From assembly GCA_035526015.1 (NCBI GenBank), contig DATLDH010000108.1, positions 1 to 52,714 on the forward strand: DNA of 52,714 bases, in the 5' to 3' direction. Positions 43,257-51,335 of the stretch are shown one piece after another. Source of the stretch: Acidimicrobiales bacterium (GTDB lineage: Bacteria > Actinomycetota > Acidimicrobiia > Acidimicrobiales > DATLDH01). Position 1 is the stretch's first letter. Every line of letters starts with the position of its first letter. A program made the position numbers and the translations under genes. The notes under the pieces are model-generated. The model was not told the origin of the DNA, ran no database searches, and saw only the letters and a list, made by a program, of their open reading frames with translations.

Positions 43257-44475
43257 GGGAGGCGGGCGGGCCGGCGAGCAGCGCGGCGGGCGGGCCGGCG
43301 AGCAGGGCGGCGCGCAGCGGCCGCAGCAGCTCGGTCTGGGCCAGATGCTCGACCTCGACGGCGTCGCAGTCGACCCACCTGGCCGCCTCCACGAGTGCGG
43401 CGGCCATGCCGGCGACGGCGGCTTCGGTGCGCGCCGCCGTGCGCACGGCGGCATCGGTGAACGAGGCGCGCCGGACGACGAGGGTGCGGCCGGCCCGCTT
43501 CGGGTCGACGCGCCCGATGAGCTCACCGCCGTGCAGGAGGGGCATGACGAAGTAACCGTGGACGCGCTTCGGAGGCGGCACGTAGATCTCGATGCGGTAC
43601 GGGAACCCGAAGACGCGCTCGCAACGGGCGCGGTCCCAGATGATCGGGTCGAACGGCGACAGCAGGGTCGTGCGGTGACGGCCGCGGAGCGATCCGGTGC
43701 GCAGCCGGTCGAGCAGCTCCGGGTCGGCCCAGGCCGGCGTCCCCCAGCCGTCGACCTCCACGGGGACGAGCCCGGCCGCCTCCACCACCGTGTCCACCGA
43801 GGCCTTCGGCTTGACCCTGAAGTAGTCGGCCAGGTCGTTGCGCGTGGCCACTCCCAGGCACCGCCCGGCGATGCGGACCATCCGGGTGAGGCACTCGTCG
43901 TCAGAGGGGTCCGCGGCCAGCAGCTCGGACGGGATGGCGCGCTCGGCCAGGTCGTACACGCGCTGGAACGAGCGACGCTCGACACACACGACCTCACCGC
44001 GACGGAACAGGGCCTCGGCCGCGTACTTCACCTTCGACCAGCTCCACCACTGCCCGCCGCCCTCCTTGGCCCCGCCCATGTCCGACGCCGTCAGCGGCCC
44101 CCGGTCGCGCAGCTGCACGCGCACCGCCTCCAGGGCCGGCTCGGCCGGGTGCCACGGCGCGTGGGCGAGAGCGCGCCGGCGGGCCGCGAACATGGCCCAC
44201 TCCTCCATGGGGATCACGGCCGCCTCGTGGCCCCAGTACTCGAAGGCCCGGTGCGGTGCGCCCCAGTAGGCCTTCTCGACCGTGCCCCGCCCGACCGGGC
44301 CGAGCCGCGCGTACGGGACGAGCTCGTGGCTGCGCGCCATCACCGAAACGGTGTCGATCTGCACCAGCGCCAGTCGCCGCAACAGGGCCGGGACGCCGCC
44401 CGGCGGCGGTCGCCCGATCAGGCCCTGGGCGGCCAGGGCCAGCCGCCGGGCCTCGGACGCGGAGAGCTGCTCGAT
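43243..44475 (-). CDS. Winged-helix DNA-binding protein, YcaQ (crosslink-repair DNA glycosylase, DUF1006) family
   Basis: Contains LVQIDTVSVMARSHELVPYARLG, EYWGHEAAVIP and VHGYFVMPLLHGGELIGRVDPK. The first canonical start is the TTG at 44382, but the conserved N-terminus QLSASEARRLALAAQGLIG lies upstream of it. My 5' end at 44475 is an ATC codon and is therefore tentative. Confidence 0.75.
   Translation of the reverse strand: MEQLSASEARRLALAAQGLIGRPPPGGVPALLRRLALVQIDTVSVMARSHELVPYARLGPVGRGTVEKAYWGAPHRAFEYWGHEAAVIPMEEWAMFAARRRALAHAPWHPAEPALEAVRVQLRDRGPLTASDMGGAKEGGGQWWSWSKVKYAAEALFRRGEVVCVERRSFQRVYDLAERAIPSELLAADPSDDECLTRMVRIAGRCLGVATRNDLADYFRVKPKASVDTVVEAAGLVPVEVDGWGTPAWADPELLDRLRTGSLRGRHRTTLLSPFDPIIWDRARCERVFGFPYRIEIYVPPPKRVHGYFVMPLLHGGELIGRVDPKRAGRTLVVRRASFTDAAVRTAARTEAAVAGMAAALVEAARWVDCDAVEVEHLAQTELLRPLRAALLAGPPAALLAGPPASRARG
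43261..43305. repeat. 24-nt-period tandem duplication (two 21-nt identical cores)
   Basis: ggcgggcgggccggcgagcag occurs at 43261-43281 and again at 43285-43305. It encodes LLAGPPA twice at the C-terminus of the YcaQ-family gene. Confidence 0.85.
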
Positions 44476-44484
44476 GCGCTGGAG

Positions 44485-44964
44485 TCAAGCAGGCCGCGTG
44501 GCGCGCACCTGGTCGACCTTCACCAGCGCAGCCCGCAGCTCGTCGAGCCATGCCGCGTCACGCTCGCCGACCTGGCGCACGCACCAGGCCAGGGCCTCGC
44601 TGCGGCTGCGGGCCACGCCGGAGGCCACGAGGGTGTCGAGCACGACGCGCTCGCGCTGGCGGAGCCTGGTCATCACCGGGACGTTGAGGTGGGTGAAGAG
44701 ATAGGTCGCGGCGTCGTCGTCGCCGCCGGACCGGACGCCCCAGGACACGGCCCGTCCGAAGCGCTCCTCGGCCTCGCCGGCGATCCTGACCCTGGCGTCG
44801 CGGGTCTCCTCGCGGAAGGCCCTGACCTTGGCATCGTCCGGGAGGGTCCCGAGGACGAGGATCTCCTCGGCGTCGGCCGTGACCTCGACCGGGGCGGTGA
44901 ACCACCCGTCGGGCACCTGGGACCTGAACCACTCCTGCACCGTCTGCTGCTTCTTGGTTGTCAT
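44485..44964 (-). CDS. Hypothetical protein with a C-terminal ribbon-helix-helix-like segment
   Basis: 159 aa starting MTTKKQQTVQEWFRSQV. The C-terminus VMTRLRQRERVVLDTLVASGVARSRSEALAWCV looks RHH/CopG-like. It lies 13 nt downstream of the kinase gene. Confidence 0.7.
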   Translation of the reverse strand: MTTKKQQTVQEWFRSQVPDGWFTAPVEVTADAEEILVLGTLPDDAKVRAFREETRDARVRIAGEAEERFGRAVSWGVRSGGDDDAATYLFTHLNVPVMTRLRQRERVVLDTLVASGVARSRSEALAWCVRQVGERDAAWLDELRAALVKVDQVRATRPA

Positions 44965-44977
44965 CGTGATTACATCA

Positions 44978-46513
44978 TTACCAGATCACGAGAAGCGCGA
45001 CGAACGGCAGAGGCGCCGCCCAGGCCCACCAGCCCAGCCGCCGCCAGCGCCGCCCGAGGGCGCCCCTGGGCTCGTGCCAGCGCTCGACCCACCGGGGGGC
45101 GGCCAGGACGAGGACGGCCGTGGCGAGGGCGCCCGCCAGGCGGCTGCCGGTGGCGATGGACCAGCGGACGGCCCCCGCGGCGCCGGCGACGGCCGGAGGC
45201 ACGAGCGCAGTGGCGGCGACCCGGGCCCACGGCCGGGCCGAGGCGCGGAGGACGCCGAACCCCCGGCGTCCCGACGTGGCCGACAGCACGAGGGGGACGA
45301 GCACGACGGCGAGCAGCGACGTGGCCACCGGCACCACCCATCCGGCCAGCCCGGTGGCCAGCACCGCCGGGAGCACCGAGCGCAGGATCGGCGACGACCG
45401 GTCCCAGCTCCACCGGGCGGCGCGCCGCGCCGAGCGCCGGGTCGCGGCCCGGGCCCGTCCGGCCAGCCGGACCGCGACCGGCGGCGGCGGGACCACGACC
45501 TCGCTGCGACCCGACGGCCCGGGGAACGGGTCGGGGAGGCCGCGGGCGATCTGGGCGCACCACGGGCAGCGCCGTCCGGCGTGCAGGTGGTGGGCGCTGC
45601 GCCCGCAGGTGCGCAGCCGGGCCTCGACGCGGTCGAGGGCGGCGACCCACGCCGCCGCCGGGGGACGGACGCGAGGGTGGGCGGCACCGGTGACGAAGGT
45701 CCGGCGGGCCAGGCGGCGGAGCGGGGCCGGGAGATCGCGCAAGGGGAGGGCGAGAGGCGGAGGCGCCACCGGCGACAGCCGGCGGTAGGGCCATCGGCGG
45801 GCGCGCATGCGCGCCGCCAGGTCGGGGGGCTCACCGCGGCCGCGCCACACGCCGGCGTAGGGGTGGGTGCCCTGCATGAGAAGGAGGACCACGACGACCG
45901 CCAGCGCGAAGTCGTCGCCGCTGGTGGTGCGGTCGACAGCGGCCAGGTCGACGCGCTGGAACTCCGGCGCCGTGAACTCGGGCTTGGCCACCGTGCAGCG
46001 GTGCACGACGCCGGTGTCGGGATCGCGCACCTGCAGCGAGTCGCAGTCGACGAGGGCGACCAGGGCGCGCCGGCTGACCAGCAGGTTGCTCTCGTTGAGG
46101 TCGCCGATGACGTAGCCCGCCCGGTGGAGGACGTCGACGAGGGAGGCCACGTTGCGGGCCGTGCGCAGCAGGTACCGCCAGTCGAAGGCGGGCGCCACCT
46201 GGGCCCGGCTCTGCGGGTTGTAGAGCTGGAACAGCGACACGTACTCCCGAAGGTCGACGCGCGGCATGAGGAAGCCGTCGACGGTGCCGTCGGCGCCGGT
46301 CAGCAGCTCGCGCGGCCATGCCACCGCGACCGGCCCGGCGCCGGGCGCGGCCGCATCGGGAGGGTGGGCCAGCATGACGCGCAGCTTCTCGGCGCGTGCC
46401 GCAGTCGGACGGCGGTAGCGCTTGGCCGCCAGCTGCGGCCGGCCCGGCACCGCCCACACCTCGGCCTCGCCGCCGGCGCCCAGGCGCTGGGCGGCGTGGA
46501 TCCCCGAGCTCAC
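44978..46513 (-). CDS. Ser/Thr protein kinase-like protein with a Cys/His knuckle and multi-TM C-terminus (yegI / TerY-P-triad type)
   Basis: Contains GEAEVW..LAAKRY (Lys), GYVIGDLNESNLLV (catalytic D..N), VDCDS and FTAPEF. These are followed by CGRSAHHLHAGRRCPWC and then about 4-5 hydrophobic segments. The GTG start overlaps the PP2C stop. Confidence 0.85.
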   Translation of the reverse strand: MSSGIHAAQRLGAGGEAEVWAVPGRPQLAAKRYRRPTAARAEKLRVMLAHPPDAAAPGAGPVAVAWPRELLTGADGTVDGFLMPRVDLREYVSLFQLYNPQSRAQVAPAFDWRYLLRTARNVASLVDVLHRAGYVIGDLNESNLLVSRRALVALVDCDSLQVRDPDTGVVHRCTVAKPEFTAPEFQRVDLAAVDRTTSGDDFALAVVVVLLLMQGTHPYAGVWRGRGEPPDLAARMRARRWPYRRLSPVAPPPLALPLRDLPAPLRRLARRTFVTGAAHPRVRPPAAAWVAALDRVEARLRTCGRSAHHLHAGRRCPWCAQIARGLPDPFPGPSGRSEVVVPPPPVAVRLAGRARAATRRSARRAARWSWDRSSPILRSVLPAVLATGLAGWVVPVATSLLAVVLVPLVLSATSGRRGFGVLRASARPWARVAATALVPPAVAGAAGAVRWSIATGSRLAGALATAVLVLAAPRWVERWHEPRGALGRRWRRLGWWAWAAPLPFVALLVIW

Positions 46514-47253
46514 CGGACGGCCAGGACGAGGGTGGTGTCGTCGTCGGTTCGTGCCGCCACCCGGTCGGACGCGAGGAACGACTCGAGCTCGCCGGCCTGC
46601 CCGTCACCGGCGGCGAAGTCCCACAGCGGGGTGAAGAACGGCTCGTGCGGGCGACCGGCCGCCAGGTCGAGCGCGAGCAGCTGCAGGCCATCGGTCATGA
46701 GCGCGATCCCGGTGACCGCGGCGGCGTCCTCCACCGACACCCGCAGGTCGTCGCGCCACCCGTCGGAGGTGACGAAGCAGGTCTCGTTCAGGTACTCGCT
46801 GCGTCCCGGCGGGTCGAGCAGGGCGACGCCGTCGGCCCGCCGCACGACGACGGCGCCGTCACCCACCTGGGCCACCGCCAGCACGTCGGGGAGGAGCACG
46901 GCGACCGACAAGGTGGTCGACAGGTCGGCCAGCCGGGCGCCATGCGCGACGGCGCGCCGTTGCAGGCGGCCGCGGGTGGCGTGCAGCACGTCGGTGAGCA
47001 GGTGTGGCCAGGTGACGGCGCGACCGGCGCCCTCGGCCTCGGCGATGAGCCACGCCGCGAGCTCGGCCGCCCACACGACCGCCGTCTCGGCCCCCACCGC
47101 GGCCAGACGGGCCGAGCCGGCGCCGTCGGCCACGGCCAGCACGACACCGTCGCCGCTGTCGTCGCCGATCGCCACCACGTGGTGGGCGTCGTCACACCCC
47201 CGGCCGCGCTGGCGGTGACCCGACCCGGTCACCGACGCGCCGACCACGCGCAC
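46510..47253 (-). CDS. PP2C-family Ser/Thr phosphatase
   Basis: A ggagga RBS precedes the GTG at 47253. Contains GASVTGSGHRQRGRGCDDA, LAVADGAGSA, VAQVGDGAVV and ALMTDGL. Confidence 0.85.
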   Translation of the reverse strand: MRVVGASVTGSGHRQRGRGCDDAHHVVAIGDDSGDGVVLAVADGAGSARLAAVGAETAVVWAAELAAWLIAEAEGAGRAVTWPHLLTDVLHATRGRLQRRAVAHGARLADLSTTLSVAVLLPDVLAVAQVGDGAVVVRRADGVALLDPPGRSEYLNETCFVTSDGWRDDLRVSVEDAAAVTGIALMTDGLQLLALDLAAGRPHEPFFTPLWDFAAGDGQAGELESFLASDRVAARTDDDTTLVLAVR

Positions 47254-47288
47254 GAGGCTCTGTCCTCCGCTGAGAGAGCCGCTCGGGC

Positions 47289-47948
47289 TCAGACGGCGGC
47301 CCACCCCGACACGGCGGGGAGGGCGGCCTGGTCGCCGACCTTCGACGCCGACACGTTGCGCTGGCTCTGCGAGAGCCACACGAAGAGCTCGACGAACTGC
47401 AGGCCCTGGAGGCGCAGGGGGTCGCGCACGGCGATCTGGGCGAGCACGTCCATGTTCGCCCCCTGTACGCCGACGGCGAAGAAGGCGAGCCCGTTGGCGG
47501 CCTCGGCCTCGCGCACGGCGGCGGCCGCCTGCTTCCAGTCGTCGGTGGGCTCGCCGTCGGTGACGAGGAAGACCCACGGCCGGTAGTAGGCGACGCCGTT
47601 CGCCTTGTAGTCGCGCTTGCGGTTCTCCACCATCTCCAGGGCGCGCTCGATGGCCTCGCCCATGGGCGTTCCCCCGCCGGCGTGCAGGGTCGGCGGCTCG
47701 AACTGTCCGGCGGTGATGAACCCCTCCACCGTCTTCACGCCGCCGTCGCCGAAGGTCACAACGGCCACCTCGACGCGCTGGCGGGCCAGGGCGTCGGTGC
47801 CGATGTCGGCGGCGAAGGCCCGCAGCCCGTCGTTGAGGGCGGCGATGGGCGCGCCACTCATCGACCCGGAGACGTCGAGCAGCAGTACGCACGCGCAGCG
47901 CGGCTCGGGGTTGGTGGCGAACTCGACTGCGGCCTCCAGCTGACTCAT
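47289..47948 (-). CDS. vWA domain protein (TerY / YegL-like)
   Basis: ATG at 47948 (MSQLEAAVEF). The MIDAS motifs are VLLLDVSGSMSG, GGGTPMGEAI and PWVFLVTDGEPTD. Confidence 0.88.
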   Translation of the reverse strand: MSQLEAAVEFATNPEPRCACVLLLDVSGSMSGAPIAALNDGLRAFAADIGTDALARQRVEVAVVTFGDGGVKTVEGFITAGQFEPPTLHAGGGTPMGEAIERALEMVENRKRDYKANGVAYYRPWVFLVTDGEPTDDWKQAAAAVREAEAANGLAFFAVGVQGANMDVLAQIAVRDPLRLQGLQFVELFVWLSQSQRNVSASKVGDQAALPAVSGWAAV

Positions 47949-47989
47949 GCAGCCATTGAACCGCAGGCGGCCCCTCCGGACGCGGACCG

Positions 47990-47995
47990 TAGAGT
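47990..47995 (+). promoter_or_regulatory. -10-like TAGAGT box 6 nt upstream of the GTG at 48002 (suggests a leaderless transcript)
   Basis: cgtagagtgcacccGTG. There is no Shine-Dalgarno sequence. Confidence 0.3.
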
Positions 47996-48001
47996 GCACC
48001 C

Positions 48002-49219
48002 GTGGAGGTCGACCTCTCCGATCCGCAGACCTATGTCGCCGGCGTGCCGCACGACTGGTTCGCCCATCTGCGGGCTCACGACCCCGTCCACTGGCAGCCC
48101 GCTGCGCACGCCGCCCCGGGGTACTGGGCGCTCACCCGCTACGACGACGTGGTCACCGTCTCCCGCGACCCGTCGGTGTTCTCCTCCTTCGAGGGCACGG
48201 CGCTGCTGGAGGACATGCGGCCCGAGGGCCTGTGGCTCATGCGCCAGCAGCTCATCCACATGGATCCGCCCGACCACACCAACCTGCGAAAGATCGTGAA
48301 CCACGGGTTCACCCCGCGCATGATCCGCCAGCTCGGCGAGCATGTCGCGGAGATCACCGCGGCGATCGTCGACGCCGTGGCGCCGAAGGGCGAGTGCGAC
48401 TTCGTCACCGAGATCGCCGCCGAGCTGCCCCTCCAGGTGATCGCCGAGCTGCTCGGTGTGCCCCACGAGGACCGCTGGAAGCTGTTCGACTGGAGCAACC
48501 GGCTCATCGGTCTGGAGGACCCGGAGTACGGGGGTGGCGAAGTCGACGCCGGCGCCGCCCTGATGGAGATGTTCATGTACGCCGCCGAGCTGGCCCAGGA
48601 CCGTCGGAGCTCGCCCCGCGACGACATCGTCAGCGTGCTCGTCCACGCCGAGGTCGAGGGCGCCAAGCTCACCGACACCGAGTTCAACATGTTCTTCTTC
48701 CTGCTCGTCATCGCCGGCAACGAGACGACGCGCAATCTGCTGTCCGGCGGGATGCTGGCCCTCTGCGAGCATCCCGACCAGCGGGCCAGGTTGGCGACGG
48801 AGTCCCAGCGCGCCGAGCTCCTGCCCAAGGCGGTGGAGGAGATGCTGCGGTGGGTGACGCCGGTGATGTACTTCCGCCGCACCGCTCTCCGCGACACCGT
48901 CGTCGGCGGCCAGGAGGTGAAGGCGGGCGAGCGTGTCGTCATGTACTACGGCTCGGCCAACCGCGACGAGGCCGTGTTCGGCCCGACCGCATCCGCCTTC
49001 GACGTCGGCCGCGAGCCGAACAACCACGTGGCGTTCGGCTTCGGCACCCACTTCTGTCTCGGCGCCAGCCTCGCCCGCCTCGAGATCCGCACCGCCTTCG
49101 AGGAGGTTCTCCGCCGCATGCCCGACCTCGAGGTGGCCGGGCCCGTCGAGCGCCTCCGGTCCAATCTGATCAACGGCATCAAGCACCTCCCGGTGCGCTT
49201 CACCCCCACGAACGCCTGA
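48002..49219 (+). CDS. Cytochrome P450
   Basis: Contains the I-helix LLVIAGNETT, the ExxR motif VEEMLRW and the heme loop FGFGTHFCLGASLA. Confidence 0.93.
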   Translation: MEVDLSDPQTYVAGVPHDWFAHLRAHDPVHWQPAAHAAPGYWALTRYDDVVTVSRDPSVFSSFEGTALLEDMRPEGLWLMRQQLIHMDPPDHTNLRKIVNHGFTPRMIRQLGEHVAEITAAIVDAVAPKGECDFVTEIAAELPLQVIAELLGVPHEDRWKLFDWSNRLIGLEDPEYGGGEVDAGAALMEMFMYAAELAQDRRSSPRDDIVSVLVHAEVEGAKLTDTEFNMFFFLLVIAGNETTRNLLSGGMLALCEHPDQRARLATESQRAELLPKAVEEMLRWVTPVMYFRRTALRDTVVGGQEVKAGERVVMYYGSANRDEAVFGPTASAFDVGREPNNHVAFGFGTHFCLGASLARLEIRTAFEEVLRRMPDLEVAGPVERLRSNLINGIKHLPVRFTPTNA

Positions 49220-49232
49220 TGCGGCGCTCACC

Positions 49233-49238
49233 TAGACT
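49233..49238 (+). promoter_or_regulatory. -10-like TAGACT box 6 nt upstream of the GTG at 49245 (suggests a leaderless transcript)
   Basis: cctagactgaggccGTG. There is no Shine-Dalgarno sequence. Confidence 0.3.
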
Positions 49239-49244
49239 GAGGCC

Positions 49245-51335
49245 GTGACGGTCGCGGGGGCGGACGCCGGCCCGGCCGGATCCACGCCCTTCTCCCAACT
49301 CGGTGAGCGGTGGACGGAGTTCATGCGCCGTCGTCGTCGGCGCGCCGCGGCCCGGCGTCGTCGGGGTGGCAAGGGCGTCATGCTGCTCGTCAGCTGCCTG
49401 GCCGTGCTGCTGCTGGCCGTGGTGTGGTCGTTCGCCTACCTCGAGCCGTCGTCGCCGGGCAAGGAGCTGTCGATCGACCAGCTGGCCGGGCTCACCGAGC
49501 AGGCCAGGGTGAAGGCGGCGACGTTCCTCGACCAGGACGCGCGGATCGTCGGCGAGTTCGTGGGCCGGCCGGTGCTCGCCACACCGCCCCCGGCCCCGCC
49601 CACCGCCGCCGCGCCGGGCGCCAAGGTGCCGGTCTTCGGCGGGAAGTTCTGGGTCTCCTACCCGCGCAACGACGCCACGACGAGCCGCCTGATCGAGCGC
49701 ATGAGCCAGTCCGGCGCCATCGTCCGCGTCGACCCGCAGACCTCCAAGGCGTCGGTCCGCATCGTGCTCACCGTGCTGTTGCCCCTCGTCATCCTCGCCA
49801 ACCTGTTCGCCCTGTTCTTCGTGGCCGGTCGGGGGACGGCCACCGGCCTCGGTGACGTCACCGACTTCTCGCGCATCGGCGGCGGGCGCGGCCGCGGCGG
49901 GCGCGTGGGCCACGGCGCCATCACCTTCGCCGACGTGGCCGGCGCCGACGAAGCGGTGGCGGAGCTGGCCGAGGTCGTGGACTACCTCGCCAACCCCGAC
50001 CGTTACAAGCTGCTCAATGCGGCACCACCCAAGGGCGTGCTGCTGTTCGGGCCGCCGGGGTGCGGCAAGACCCTGCTGGCCAAGGCCGTCGCCGGCGAGG
50101 CGGGCGTGCCCTTCTTCAGCGTGGCCGGGGCCGAGTTCGTCGAGTCGCTCGTCGGAGTCGGCGCGGCGCGCGTGCGCGACCTGTTCACCCGGGTGCGGGG
50201 CGTGGCGCCGGCCATCGTGTTCATCGACGAGCTCGACGCCGCCGGCCGCCGCCGCGGCGGAGGCAGCTCCGGGGGCGGCGCCGACGAGCGCGACCAGACC
50301 CTCAACCAGCTGCTGGTGGAGATGGACGGGTTCGAGGCCAGCAGCGGCATCGTCGTCATCGGCGCCACCAACCGGCCCGACATCCTCGACCCCGCCCTCC
50401 TCCGCCCCGGGCGGTTCGACCGTCACATCACCATCGAGCGGCCCGACCTCGAGCGGCGCCAGGCCATCCTCGAGCTGCACGCCAGGCGCAAGCCGCTCGA
50501 GCCCGGCATCGACTTCCATCGCCTCGCCCGCCAGACGCCCGGCTTCAGTGGCGCCGACCTGGCCAACGTCGTCAACGAGGGCGCCCTCCTCACGATCCGC
50601 GAGGGCGGCCACACCGTCGGCGCCCGCCTGCTCACCGAGGCCGTGCAGCGGGTGCTCGCCGGCCCGCAACGCCGGGGTCACCTGATGAGCGCCGAGGAGC
50701 GCCAGCGCATCGCCGTGCAGGAGGCGGGCCGCGCCATCCTCGTCGCCCTCAGCGGCCGCGGCGAGGACATCCACCGGGTGTCCATCGTGGCCCGCGCCCA
50801 CGGCTACGGCACGACCCTGTTCGAGCGCGAGGACGACGCCGTCCTCCGAACCGAGGGGCAGCTCCTCCACCAGCTGACCACGTCGATGGCGGGCCGCGCC
50901 GCCGAGCTCCTCGTGTTCGGCGACGCCTCGACCGGCACCGAGAACGACATCGAGACCGCCACCAGCCAGGCGCGCGAGATGGTGGGCCGCTACGGCCTCT
51001 CACCCGCCCTCGGGCCCCAGCGGCTGCTGGCGTCGGAGGCCGACATCTACCTCGGCGCGTCCGACGGCCTGCTGCCGCTGGCCGAGCCCACCCACGACCG
51101 CTTCGATGCCGAGGTGCGACGGGTGCTCGACGCCGCCCTGGCCCGATCCGTCGCCCTGCTCCGGCGCCACCGCACCTCGCTCGACCGCCTGACCGAGCAC
51201 CTCCTGGCCGAGGAGACGGTGGAGGGCGACGAGCTGCAGCAGCTCCTGCCCGATGCCGAGCCGATGGCGACCAACGGGGCCACGCCCAAGAAGGCGGCGG
51301 CGGCGCGGAAGTCGACGGCCAGGGCGCGCCGGTGA
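49245..51335 (+). CDS. FtsH-like membrane AAA+ protein with a degenerate M41 protease zinc site (HEXXH replaced by QEAGR)
   Basis: Has 2 TM segments flanking an extracytoplasmic region. AAA+ motifs are intact: Walker A GPPGCGKT, Walker B IVFIDELD and SRH GATNRPDILDPALLRPGRFD. The M41-like C-terminal half reads RIAVQEAGRAILVAL where FtsH has ..YHEaGHA... The N-terminal start is uncertain. Confidence 0.9.
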   Translation: MTVAGADAGPAGSTPFSQLGERWTEFMRRRRRRAAARRRRGGKGVMLLVSCLAVLLLAVVWSFAYLEPSSPGKELSIDQLAGLTEQARVKAATFLDQDARIVGEFVGRPVLATPPPAPPTAAAPGAKVPVFGGKFWVSYPRNDATTSRLIERMSQSGAIVRVDPQTSKASVRIVLTVLLPLVILANLFALFFVAGRGTATGLGDVTDFSRIGGGRGRGGRVGHGAITFADVAGADEAVAELAEVVDYLANPDRYKLLNAAPPKGVLLFGPPGCGKTLLAKAVAGEAGVPFFSVAGAEFVESLVGVGAARVRDLFTRVRGVAPAIVFIDELDAAGRRRGGGSSGGGADERDQTLNQLLVEMDGFEASSGIVVIGATNRPDILDPALLRPGRFDRHITIERPDLERRQAILELHARRKPLEPGIDFHRLARQTPGFSGADLANVVNEGALLTIREGGHTVGARLLTEAVQRVLAGPQRRGHLMSAEERQRIAVQEAGRAILVALSGRGEDIHRVSIVARAHGYGTTLFEREDDAVLRTEGQLLHQLTTSMAGRAAELLVFGDASTGTENDIETATSQAREMVGRYGLSPALGPQRLLASEADIYLGASDGLLPLAEPTHDRFDAEVRRVLDAALARSVALLRRHRTSLDRLTEHLLAEETVEGDELQQLLPDAEPMATNGATPKKAAAARKSTARARR

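Noticed and set aside
44485-44964. The possibility that the 159-aa RHH-like protein and the YcaQ protein form one read-through fusion, since they share a frame separated by a single TGA
   Set aside because: Sharing a frame happens by chance one time in three. The two parts look like independent, complete domains, and I see no read-through context. The observation is kept only as part of the start-codon finding.
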